Below, piece after piece: positions 13,225 through 25,600 of a stretch of 64,000 nt of DNA (position 1 is its first letter; each line of letters begins with the position of its first letter). This DNA is from Euglena gracilis (Eukaryota): positions 16,634,140 through 16,698,139 of the forward strand of contig CP154954.1 of assembly GCA_039621445.1 (NCBI GenBank), given 5' to 3'. The translations under genes and the position numbers were made by a program. The notes below the pieces were generated by a model. It did not search any database. It had not been told where the DNA came from and saw only the letters and a program-made list of their open reading frames with translations.

Positions 13225-14455
13225 TCTCTCTTCTGAAGCGGTGTTGCTGGGAGAACTCCTTGGAGGGAACTCCTTGCCGACCCGAGTGTGCGTCCTTGTG
13301 GGGAAAATGTGTTGTAAGTTGGTGTGGGTGCGTGTGTTGTCAGTCTGTGTTGCGGTTTCGCCCCAGGCTGGCAGTTGGGGCATTGTCAGGGGTGACGACT
13401 GTGCCAACCCTTGTCCCCGACCGCTCTTGTCTGTGTGGCATTAATTTTTGAAAATTTATTTTTGATGCGCGCAATTGCGCCCACAAAATGCATTCTGCGT
13501 GTTCAGGGAGGGAGGGTGTGACCCCCCCATCCTCAAAAACGTTCGTAGTCTCAAACTTACGAAGCCACAAACATTCAGTACCTTCCCATCTACTTTTAGA
13601 ACACAAAGAATTCCCAAAAGAAATGTGGGGTATGTACAGGTGTACAAACGCCTGCACTAATGGGCCACTATTTTCACAGGGGACTGAAGGAACTCTTTGT
13701 CGGACGCAGTACACGTACAAGGCCTACCGCACATGTCACTTAGGATGAATATGGAACAGTTTATACTTTTGATGCGCGCAATTGCGCAAATAAAAAGTAT
13801 AAATTGTTTCATAAGGTACAACCGTATTGACAGCATCACCACACACGTGCACATGTTTTTTTTTTACTTTTGATGCGCAAATGCGCAAATGCTAAGTAAC
13901 ACTTCCGTGTTCCTGAGATATGAATGTTAGCAGGACAACGGTGATAGTGAATAGCCCCCCAAATTGACTGAGCAACCGCGAGTCTGGCTGCTGCCTCCCC
14001 AGGAGCCCTCTCCTGGCGTGGACGGCAGCGACCCAGCACGCTGTCCCAGTGGACCTGGCAGAGATCCAACTCCGCCTGCGACCGGCGACTGCTGCCAGCC
14101 TGCGCGTCGTAGCACAGCTGGTCCAGCTCCGTCGCAGCGTCGGCGGAGGGTACCTGGTGCTTCAGTAGAGTCCGCATCGCGTACTGTAGGACATCCTTCA
14201 GCGCCGTCTCGCCCTTCGGTCCAGCGTCGGGCGCCAGCAGGGATGGCGGACCCACCCAGCCGTTTGGCCACCGCAGGACCACCGACTGGTCCTCGGACTC
14301 CTCCCCCTCGTCCGCGTCGAGGTCCTCGGGCTGCCGTCTCTCCGTGCGCAGCGCAGGACGGAAAAATGGCTCCACTACCTGTGGGGCACCCTCCGGGAAA
14401 GCACCCTTTGGGGAGGGCTAGTCAGGCCCTTTCGGTGTGGAGAGTGGCAAAAAAT
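13225..14455 (-). repeat. Dispersed repeat homologous to 34110-34511 (probable LINE 5' region), interrupted by a transposase fragment
   Basis: 13225-13440 aligns with 34110-34322, and 14350-14455 aligns with ~34405-34511. Confidence 0.85.
13441..14352 (-). pseudogene. Inverted 5'-truncated copy of the 3' part of element 1 and its transposase
   Basis: 13708-14352 is the reverse complement of 6115-6759 with scattered substitutions (ORF 13836-14375 repeats LRTERRQPEDLDADEG...). 13441-13707 continues with another GCGCAATTGCGC motif at ~13467. Confidence 0.92.
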
Positions 14456-16310
14456 ATCTCTCTCTCTCACACTCTCTCTCTCTGAAACAGTTGCTGGGTG
14501 AACTCCTTGGGGAGATCTCTCTCTCTCTCTCTCTCTCTACCCTCCCACCGGGACCCCAGCGGCGCCCAGCCTCCACGCGGCGGGAGGGGGACAACGTGCC
14601 GAAGGCACAGCCAACCGGGCAAAATTTCTGGGAAGAGGTGGACACCCCCACCTGAGCTTTTGCCCCCCCCCCCAAACCCCTGATATACCCCCCCACTTTA
14701 CCCTCCCTAGCTCCTGGCGAAGGACGGTGCGGACTTATCGGCTGGGTCCAACACCCCCATTTGACAAGGGACGTGGTCACTCCACCCTCCTCGAGCCCAA
14801 ACCACTAGAGGCAGCAGTCGTGACCTACGGCTGTGGGCCGCAGGGCAACACAGGCCACAAGGCCGAAGGCCTTCCACCCCAAGCCCTGACAGAGGCCACT
14901 GGCTCGAGAGCCAATGCTGGAGTGAAGACAACTCCACATGTGTTGGGTATTGAACCCAGTGTTGGCACCCAAAGCAACATCGTATGCTGCACAAGTTGCT
15001 GATGCGGAGAGGATCGCCCTGTTCCCGACTGGCACGTGCCGTGCCGGACTTTGTAAGGGTTGGGAACCAACCCCCAATAACAAGTAGAACCCGGGGGGTT
15101 TTTGACTTCCCTTTGATCTTCACGTCCGGCACGCATCTGACCAGAACGCCGACCTCACGAGGTACCCCCCCTCCTGGCCTCCTCCCAATCATCACAGATT
15201 TGCAATCCCCTCTGGCCCCCGCACCAAATGCGAGCGCCCTCCCCCTGGAAGGATATCCCAGCAAGCCCATGTCCAAGCAGAGAGCCACCGGTACTAATCA
15301 TCACAGGCCCACCCCGCCCCTCCCCGGCGTCCACTACTGGGTGAACCAGATCAGGTCGAGAGACCTCCTCCTGAATTGTTGTGAAAAATAAGAGCGCACT
15401 CTCATAACCACCCTCAGCCTTAGCAACACTTTTTCACGACCCTCTGCCCCCCCCCCAATATCTAACGGGGTGTGCTAGCCACATAACCCCGCCTCCAACC
15501 CTGTCAGACCTCCTGCTGCAGTGGGCATGGTAGTCACCCTGACCCCTCACGGGGACCCCGTCCTGCCAAGTACCCAAAACATCATGTCCCCCAGACGCAG
15601 CAGCTCCGCCTGGACCATCATCTCACAGGCGGAGGTGGCCAAACCCCACCTAGCCGATTGATTGCAAGGTGATCTATTGAACATTCCGGCCACAGGCGAT
15701 TAACCAATCAAAATATTATTGTCCCATGTTCCTCTCAGATTTTATTATTTATCGATTATACCGAATCAACAGGCCCATAAAGGATCATTTCAGCGGATGG
15801 GGCCTTATTGTTTCTAAAATTTGACACCATTTTCACGTTTCAGCAACGTGTACATCAACCTCAGCTGAGAGACTCCGGCAGTTAAAAGTTTATTCCGCAT
15901 GTTTTTGACTGGCTAAAAATCTTTTCCTGATGATACCTCGAATTGAGTGGAACCTAGGTCGTTGTAGTCAATGGTGTGGTGAGACAAAATAGCCATCTGG
16001 TGACCCATGCTGTGACTCATGATGCATTTTCTCATTAATTATAATTTGAGTGCCTCCAATTAACTCATCGTGGGGTATGCCGCCACATACTCCGTCTCCA
16101 GCACCTGCTCCCATTCTGGCTGTGGTGGACATGGTCGCCACCCTGACCCCTCACAGGGACCCAGCCTTGCTCTTCTGCATGGATCCCGGACATCTAGACC
16201 CAGCAAACCCCCACCAAACCCTTCCCATACAGGTGGCGGTACCCAATCCCCACCTGGTCCCGAATCACCTGCTGATCGAGTTTAGTAGGGTGCATGAAGT
16301 GTGAGTCACA

Positions 16311-16315
16311 AACAC

Positions 16316-16371
<56 letters not shown>
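16311..16371. repeat. (CA)n microsatellite
   Basis: Visible tandem repeat. Confidence 0.95.
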
Positions 16372-16372
<1 letters not shown>

Positions 16373-17447
16373 ATTCAATGGTCAGGGTCTGGTTCTCTTA
16401 ATGCACGAAAAGTTGTGGCACACAACCACTGTGTCAACGGCAGGTTGGCAGTGTGCTATGTGTGCTATGTTGGCAGGGCTCTATTAATCACACCCGTGTC
16501 CCCAATCCCCTAGTCAGCAAGACATCCCAGGCTGCAAGGACAGTGACCTGGGGGGCTGGCAACACCCACAGAAAAGACGGGGGGGACCTCTGAGCACCGA
16601 GTGACCTTGGGCGACCACAACGTACCAAGGGGTGGTTGCAGGAGTCAAATTGCATCTGCCCGCCCAACCAAGGTCACCCCCCCCAACCCAGCAACACCAG
16701 GAAGCCAAACAAGTTGGGCAAGCGCGCCTTGTGGAGGAGAAAGAGGGGTGGTGTGGTATTTGAGCAGTTCTGGGTTCTAGTGGTAAAGAAGGAGGGAAAG
16801 TGTATTTCACTGGCTAAAATCGCGAGAGAGGGAGAGAGAGTGAGTGAGAGAGAGAGATACACCTTCCCAACAACCAACTCGACCACCAACCACCCGATCG
16901 GAAGGCCCAAGGTTGACAGAAGGCTCAGGAGCAAAGGCCGATGGGTCTTCTAAGATCAGCCCCAATTCCACCGGTCGGGGCAAACCGCACCAGGCAACCA
17001 CGACTGCCATGCGACCCAACAACCATCTCCCCACGCTTACCAATTTTCCAAGTGAGAAAGAGAGAGAGAGAGAGCGTGAAGCTGGATGGTCATGTAAGCA
17101 ACCCCAGACAGACCTGCGACACCCCAGTTACCCTAAAGGAACCATGTTTAGGGCAATGTTATATTAACTGTTAGGTGGTTTACACACCACCATGCTGAAT
17201 AGGGTGTGCTACCCCCTCAGTTCTCCCCCCCTGGTCAGCCTGCAGTGTGGGTGAGCTCCCAGGTGCGCAGCCCCTCGGATCATACGCACTGCACCCAAAC
17301 ATGCCCTCCCCAGGGAGACAACACGCCTCCTTCCCTGAGACATCCTTACCTTATGGTTGCAATAATTTGGCCCCCCTGTGACATTTAGGCTCCCATTCTG
17401 CGGGAATCTGGCTGCTTTCCCGTGACACCCTGACTTCGAATCTGCAG

Positions 17448-17650
17448 CATCCCGGCTCCTTCCCGCGACATCCCTGCTCCTTTCCGCAACACCCTGGCTC
17501 CTTCCCACGTCATCCTTGCTCCTACTTCACGACACCTTGGCTCCAATCCGCAACACCCTGGCTCCCTCCCTCGACATCCTGGCTCCCCGTCAGTGGCATG
17601 ACGGCCTCTGCTCTGCAACATCCCGGCACCAACCCGACACCCTGGCTCCC
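17448..17650. repeat. Degenerate ~21-bp minisatellite (CAYCCTGGCTCCYTCCCGCRA-like)
   Basis: At least 7 units containing CAYCCYKGCTCC at ~21-bp spacing. Confidence 0.85.
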
Positions 17651-18350
17651 ACCCCCCGACACCTTCATCCCACAACGCCCCCATCATCAGCATCACATGG
17701 CCGCTTCACAAAATGTAGAACAATCCCAGTTCTGGGGCGTCTGTTTTTACATCAATTTGCCAAAATTTGCCAAATATTGCAAATCTTGGCAATTACTCGC
17801 CTTTTTTTGGGCTTCCTCCAAATATCTGCTGGGAAATTGCTTCAACTTAGAAATTTCTGCTTGTTTCTGTTTTGATTACTTGCTTTCCTTTTTTGGAATT
17901 TTTACCCAAGGAATCCAATATTTCCAGAATCAGCATGACCCCCCCAAAAACACGCTTTTGGATCATTTTTTTTTAAAAAAAAAAGTAGTTAACGGCTCAG
18001 AATTTACACCTAAATTCCTTAAATGACCAACATATGTGTGATTTCTCCAATTCCCCTTCAGCAGAAGTGGATTAATTCCTGAAACCGCATTTCCCGCAAT
18101 TTCCGCAATTTCCGCAAATTTTCCAAAGGCCTCCGACACTAATCCCCTCCCCCTTGCACTGGCACAGGGAGTTCAAAAACTGGTTGAATTGTCTGGTCTG
18201 AGCTGTGGCTGCCGGCCCGCAATTGGTTTTGGAGGACACCCTGGACCTGGACCAAAGGTTTTTCGCCTATTTTTGCGCATGGTTTGCCGAAATTCTCCAC
18301 ATCCAAACTTGACCCTTCCTGTCCCCGCGACACCCCCTCGTTTTCAGGCC

Positions 18351-18511
18351 CGGGGGGTGGTCGTAAATGAGGTGGCGGTAATAGGTAAGGTGGTGTTAAA
18401 TTTTTCGCAACCTGCAACCTGTGACCAGGGGGGGGGTCATAACACCCCCATGACCTGCAACCTGTGACCAGAGGGTGGTCGTAAATGAGGGGGTACAACT
18501 AGGGGGGGGGT
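18351..18511 (+). mobile_element. Fragment (right end) of the CCTGCAACCTGTGACC MITE-like family
   Basis: Aligns with 42700-42870. Confidence 0.8.
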
Positions 18512-19445
18512 TGATCATAAATGAGGGGAGAGACTGCTCTGTTGTTTACTGATCAGGGGGGGGGCAAACTGAAGGGAAACCAACGATAAGCGTCGCATGT
18601 GATGGGTTAAAATCAGGTCCCAGCTTCTCAAAATACTCTGCACCAAGACTCCTGGGACTTCTACTGATGTGGCGCCATGAACAGCAATAGCCACCAACTT
18701 CCCACTTTCTGCACGGCCCAGGCGAGTCACGGCGTACACCAGGGCGGGTCTCAAGGTAGCGTTGCTGCACGTCTGGGGCCAGATGGATGAAGTCGGCAGA
18801 GTGGTGGCATGGGGAGACCATAATAGAAAACATCAGCCCATGAATTCTGAAAAACAAGCATATGGCCATCGACAACATTGAAAAATGGCTCAATGTCCGG
18901 TGTCCGCAATTTCTTCTGCTGGCTGTTATTAACTGCAGGGGACAGGGGTTATGGGGTTGTGAAAGGGAGCGGTGCTGAGTGGTGCATCGACAAAATGAAT
19001 CAGTTTAGGGGCTTGGTTGATTGTCCAAGGGGAGACAATCTCCTCATGGACCGAAAATGATGTCGTCGGTGGGAGCTTCTGCTGGTGTGGGAGCAGCTGG
19101 AGGGGTGAGCAAACACATCGCGGTGGATGAGAGGCTGTGATGATGGGGCGGTCGATGGGGGAGGGCGGTGGCTGTTGGGGTGGAGCAGATGCCAGCAACC
19201 CCAGGCAACCCTGCCAGCAACCCCAGGCAACCCTGAGGTTTAATCCATCACATTACTCTAAAGAAGCTCTCAATCCAGAAGAGAGGAGAATGGAACTAAT
19301 CACAAATGATGTTTCTCGTTCTGAAAAGGGCAAGAGGACTGCTGTACCCATCAAGATCAACAACCCGCCAATGGACACTATAGCACTATAGCACACTATA
19401 TCTGAGCCTCAGGGCCGACCACTTTGAGAAAATGCAAAGAACCAG

Positions 19446-19546
19446 GCGGTCACAGGTTGCAGGTTATGGGGGTTTTATGGCCACCCCCCCCCCCCCCGGT
19501 CACAGGTTGCAGGAACCCGGTCATACGACTAGGGGGGGGTACCCTG
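19446..19546 (-). mobile_element. Fragment (left end, inverted) of the CCTGCAACCTGTGACC MITE-like family
   Basis: Reverse complement of 42611-42705. Confidence 0.8.
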
Positions 19547-19819
19547 GTCAACTTTCTCCCCCTGTTTTCCCCCTCACCAAGTCAATTGTATATAACTGAC
19601 AAAATCAATTTCACCATTTGGCTTTTTCGCATTATGAATGGCATCCATGTAGCAAAGCACATGTGTCACAGACACTGCTTTGGTCCCAAGTCAGATGTCT
19701 GTAACTCAATTCAGCTTTTTCCCCCTCCAATTAGTTCACTTTTTTTTGTGGCCTGTCCCGCATGCTGTTCTTCATGCCCCCATGCAACACCCTTCTCACA
19801 CCACCCCGCCGTTAAGAGT

Positions 19820-20310
19820 TTTGGCATCTGGTTTAGTGTGCTACGCGGTACCCTCCCCCCCACAGATGTGGAATTACTGAGAATTGCATACCCAGGCTTC
19901 TTATGGCTGTCTGCGCGAGAGGTGTCCGAGGATCTATTACAACGCATCTCCGATGCAGCATCGTGCGATGAGGTCGTTTCCGCCTTGCTGTCTTTCCACC
20001 ATTTCCCGGCTGGTGCGGAACGACTAGCTACAGCGAGAACAACAGGATGATTCGCACCTTTATTTCCGACCTGACCCCCGACACACAGCGCTCTCGCGGC
20101 TGCACGCACTCGTGATGCGGTGTAGGCCGGCATCGCCAACTCGCTGTTGGAAGCCCCAGATGCCGACTCTCTGGGAATTCTCGAGGACGCCGTCTACATT
20201 CTCCTGGCCCCCCAGAAGCCTACACCGGACTGGTTTAGCACGTCGCTGGGTGATAGTGCCTCTGTGCGGGTCGGCTGCTCAACCCCTGCCGTTGGAATAC
20301 CTAGCCATTA
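19820..20310 (+). pseudogene. Possible decayed coding segment, unknown family
   Basis: A protein-like frame (GIWFSVLRGTLPPTDVELLRIAYPGFLWL...GILEDAVYILLAP) continues through three in-frame stops. No family recognised. Confidence 0.3.
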
Positions 20311-22617
20311 AATTTGATTGGGGAGGCTTTGTTTTTATTTTTTTTTGTAAGGTCTTTTTATCTATTTTGTTTTATTATTTATTATTTATTATTATTATTT
20401 TATTTATTATTATTTATTATTATTTATTATTATTATTTATTATTTATTTTTTCTTATTAATTAATTTTTCTTTTCTTTCTCTTTTGTCGGGAATCCTCCG
20501 CTTTTGCTTGGGTTTGATAATCTCCTTTTTTTTGTTTTTGTCTTACCTTATTTTCTCCCTTTCTTTCTCCTTTCCTCCATCTATTTTTAACCAAACCATT
20601 TTCAGTGTTCGCAAAACCAGGGTCTGTGTTAGAATTCAGGCTCAGGCAACCATACCCTGACTTCTAGCTAAGGAATTTACACATTCACCACACCCCCAAT
20701 TTCTTGGACCTTCGATCTCAGCTTTTTCGACATCAACTAAGCAAGGTGCTTCCAGCTTACCTGTTTGCATTCAGGAGCTGACCCGATTCCTCCACTCCTC
20801 CTTTTGGGACGCCCCTGCCCCAGGCCGCCTCTGTGGCGGTAGCACCCCCGCCCAGTACCCAAGCCCCTATCGGCAGCCTCAACAACATATATGCAGCTAG
20901 AGCCACCTCGTCCTCCTCAGGCACCTGCCATTGCAGGAACAGCTGCACCTGCTGCCGCTGACCTCACGACTGCCTCTGATAGGTAGAGACTGGCAATCAT
21001 ATCACCACCCCCAACCTCCAGATTCTCCCAGCACGAAACATCTCCTAATACGAGACAATTTATACCATTTTCTTTGTATCCTATGGGGTGATTCTGGTGT
21101 TCTATGCTCCGTTTTCACTTATTGAGGGAGGGCTCCACCCCCTGCAATCCCGGCATTAAACCCGAATTGCCCTTGCCTGTTTTCAGTATGCAAGAGATGT
21201 AGTATTACGCTTTATCCAGTCTCCACCATTTCTGATATTGTGGCAGTCCGGATGTATCAATTGGTTGGCCTGGATCTTGTGATGGTGAATGAAACATTTC
21301 ATCATCATCTTGGTTTTGTGGGGGATGTGACGCCAATGGCTACTTGTCGGGGCTACTGGTACACCACCATACCAGACGCCCTTGGGTTTATTTAGCTGGT
21401 GCAACCCATACCATCAATTAGTCATCGGCAGATGCCCCAGGGGACTGGTGCTGTCCCCCCCCCCTTTTTTTCCTTGCTTCCCCCCCATTGCCGTTCTTTG
21501 CTTCTTGGCTTGATTTCTTTTCTAAAGAGGCCAACTGATGAGGCTTAGCCCATCCCCCTGACAATTTGCAAGACACCACCGAAGTGACCCGGCACAGATG
21601 GCGCCAAGAAAAAAGTGTTTTGAGTTTTCTTTTTCTTTGTTTAATCTCTTCACACTGGCCAGACTCCATGAGACCCCCATTAATTTTTCAAAACTGGAAA
21701 TTACACCCTTCTACCCCGAGGCCAGTAACAAATTGTATGGCGCGGACGCAGTCTTGGAGTTCCCCCTCCCCTCCGGAGCCGTTTTCCGAGTCACCTCCCG
21801 CCACCCAGACGGTACACCCATGTATTGCATCAACACCCGCCGCCCTGACGTTGCCCCCCCCCCCCAGCCAAGCGACCCCGCCTTCAACCCCCAGTGGTGC
21901 CCACCATCTCTCAGTCCCCACAGCCCCACTGCACCCAGTTCGGCACCCTCCCAGCGTTTCCATGGCAAGAACTCCTTAGTCGGCAGCAGGCTGAGGGACC
22001 TGCACCTCGTCGCGGCCGCTCCAGATCTCACCGTCCACTCCGTCACAAACGTCCAAATTCCGCAGGCCGACGCCCACCCTCCCCTCCCCGCGCACGGAAT
22101 CCCTCCTCACGAAGCAGTTCTGCGCTCTCGCCGCCAAGGAAGCCCTCCACGTCTCCCACGGTCGGCCCAACGTCAGCAACAGCCACCCCGTCCCCTGCTC
22201 TGCAGAGCGGTCCATGAGGGACGGGGAAGTTTGCACCTTTATTTAATTCTATTTTATTTTAGTTTCTTAAGGACTGCCCCTCCTTCGGGCCAAAATGCCG
22301 GCCAAGGGCCGGATTGGGATTGGAACGAAGTCGAAATTCAACAGGTCAAAAAATGCATCTTTAGATACATTGGGTGGATTGTCAACGGTTCAGGTTCAGA
22401 TGCTAGCAGTCAATTTTTCTCCCAGTTCTTGCCTTTCCGAACTTCCTTTATTTTTTCACTTTTATTATTTTTTTTTATTGTTGTTGTTGTTGTTGTCGTT
22501 ATTTTTAGTTTGCTTTTTTTTGTTTTCCTAAGGACCGCCCTGCCGCTTTCCAGTGGAGCTCCTGCAAGGGTGTGCCGGGAGCCCGCAAGGGCCCCCTATG
22601 CAGGGTGGTCCGCAAGG

Positions 22618-25600
22618 GCTTTTTTACAGCCACCAGCCTTCTTTACAGCCCCCAGCCGTATTTACAGCCCACATCATGCTTTTTTTTACAGCTCCCATCC
22701 TTTTTTACAGCCCCCAGAATTTTTTTTTTACAGCCCCCAGCCTTTTTTTACAGTCCCCAGCCGTTTTTACAGCCCCCAGCCTTTTTTTTACAGCCCCCAG
22801 GCTTTTTTACAGTCCCCAGCCGTTTTTATGGCCCCCGGCCTTTTTTACAGCCCCCAGTCTTTTTTACAGTCCCCGGCCGTTTTTACGGCCCCCAGCCGTT
22901 TTTACAGTCCCCGGCCGTTTTTACGGCCCCCAGCCGTTTTTACGGCCCCCAGGCTTTTTTACAGCCCCCAGCCTTTTTTACAGCCCCCATGCTTTTTTAC
23001 AGCCCCCAGCCGTTTTTACGGCCCCCAGCTGTTTTTACAGCACCCAGGCTTTTTTACAGCCCCCAGAATTTTTTTTTTACGGCCCCCAGCCGTTTTTACA
23101 GCCCCCAGGCTTTTTTACAGCCCCCAGCCTTTTTTACAGCCCCCAGCCTTTTTTTACAGCCCCCAGTCTTTTTTACATCCCCCAGCCCATGCTTTTTTTT
23201 TACGCCCCCAGCCTTTTTTACAGCCCCCAGCCTTTTTTACAGCCCCCAGCTGTTTTTACGGCCCCCAGCCGTTTTTACGGCCCCCAACCTTTTTTTACAG
23301 TCCCCAACCTTTTTTACAGCCCCCAGCCGTTTTTACAGCCCCCAGGCTTTTTTACAGCCCCCAGGCTTTTTTACAGCCCCCAAGCTTTTTTACAGCCCCC
23401 AGGCTTTTTTTACAGCCCCCAGCCTTTTTTACAGCCCACATCCCAGCCTTTTTTTTTGCCCCAGCCTTTTTTACAGCCCCCAGGCTTTTTTACAGCCCCC
23501 AAGCTTTTTTACAGCCCCCAGCCTTTTTTCATCCCCCATGCTTTTTTCAGTTCCCAGCCATTTTTACGGCCCCCAGCCTTTTTTACAGCCCCCAGCCCTT
23601 TTACAGCTCCCATCCTTTTTTACATCCCTCAGCCCTTTTTTCCAGCCCTAGGCTTGTTTACAGCCCCCAGCCTTTTTTACAACCACCAGCGCTTTTCACA
23701 GCCCCCATCCTTTTTTTTACCCCCCCCACTTTTTTACAGCCCCCAGGTTTTTTTTACAGCCCCCAGCCTTTTTTTCATCCCCCATGCTTTTTACAGCCCC
23801 CAGCTTTTTTACAGCCCCCCTGCTTTTTTTCCGCCCCCCTGCTTTTTTCCCGCCCCCCGGCTTTTTTTACAGCCCCCAGCCGTTTTTACAGCCCCCAGCC
23901 TTTTTTTACAGCCCCTAGCTTTTTTTTACAGCCCCCAGCCGTTTTTTAAAGCCCCCAGGCTTTTTTACAGCACCCAGCTTTTTTTAACGCCCCCAGCCGT
24001 TTTTACGGCCCCAGCCGTTTTTACAGCCCCCAAGCTTTTTTACAGCCCCCAGGTTTTTTTTACAGCCCCCAGCCTTTTTTCCAGCCCCCAGGCTTTTTTA
24101 CAGCCCCCAAGCTTTTTTACAGCCCCCATGCTTTTTTTACAGCCCCCAGCCTTTTTTACAGCCCCCAGCCTTTTTTACAGCCCCCAGCCTTTTTTACAGC
24201 CCCCAGCCTTTTTTTACAGCCCCCAGGTTTTTTTCAGCCCCCAGCTTTTTACAGCCCCCAGTCTTTTTTACAGCCCCCAGTCTTTTTTTACGGCCCCAGC
24301 CGTTTTTACAGCCCTCAGCCTTTTTTACAGCCCCCAGGCTTTTTTACAGCCCCCAGCCTTTTTTACAGCCCCCAGCCTTTTTTACAGCCCCCAGCCTTTT
24401 TTACAGCCCCCAGCCTTTTTTACAGCCCTAGGCTTGTTTACAGCCCCGAGCCTTTTTTACAGCCCCCAGCCTTTTTTACAGCCCCCAGCTTTTTTACAGC
24501 CCCAGCCATTTTTACGGCCCACAGCCCAGCCCCCAGCCTTTTTTACAGCCCCCAGGCTTTTTTACAGCCCCCAAGCTTTTTTACAACCCCCCGAACCTTT
24601 TTTACAGCCCCCAGCTTTTTTTTCCAGCCCCCAGCCTTTTTTACAGCCCCCAGCCTTTTTTACAGCCCCCCAGGCCTTTTTACAGCCCAGCCTTTTTTAC
24701 CGCCCCCCGCCTTTTTTTACAGCCCCCAGCCTTTTTACAGCCCCCAGCTTTTTTACAGCCCCCCAGCCGTTTTTACAGCCCCCAGCCTTTTTTACAGCCC
24801 CAGCCTTTTTTACAGCCCCCAGCCTTTTTTTCCCCCCCCGGCCTTTTTTACAGCCCCCAGCCCTTTTTTACCGCCCCCAGCCTTTTTTACAGCCCCCAGC
24901 CTTTTTTACAGCCCCCAGCTTTTTTTTTTACAGCCTTTTTTTTTGCCCCAGCCTTTTTTACAGCCCCCAGGCTTTTTTACAGCCCCCAGCCTTTTTAGAG
25001 CCCCCAGCCTTTTTTACAGCCCCCAGCTTTTTCACAGCTCCCAGGCTTTTTTACAGTCCCCAGCCTGTTTTTTTTTTTTACAGCCCCAGCCGTTTTTACA
25101 GCCCCCATCCTTTTTTACAGCCCCCCAGCCGTTTTTACAAGCCCCAGCCTTTTTTACAGCCCAGCCTTTTTTTAACAGCCCCCAGGCTTTTTACAGCCCC
25201 CCATTTTTTTTTACAGCCCCAGCTTTTTTTACAGCCCCCCGTCTTTTTTTTACAGCCCCCGGCTTTTTTACAAGCCCCCAGCTTTTTTTTCAAAGCCCCA
25301 GTCTTTTTTTACAGCCCCCCCAGCCTTTTTTTACAGCCCCAGCCTTTAACAGCCCCCGGCCGTTTTTTACAGCACCCAGCCTTTTTTACAAGCCCCCAGC
25401 CTTTTTTTACAGCCCCCAGGCTTTTTTTTTTTCCAGCCCCCAGCCTTTTTAGCCCCCAGCCCTTTTTACAGCCCCCCGCCCTTCTTTTTACAGCCCCCAG
25501 CCTTTTTTACAGCCCCCAGCCTTTTTTTACAGCCCCCAGCCTTTTTTTACAGCCCCCGACCCTTTTTACAGCCCCCAGCCTTTTTTTACAGCCCCCAGCC

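Noticed and set aside
18546-18893. CCCH zinc-finger-like string PCRKWEVGGYCCSWRH on the minus strand
   Set aside because: The spacing is incomplete and there is no supporting gene structure.
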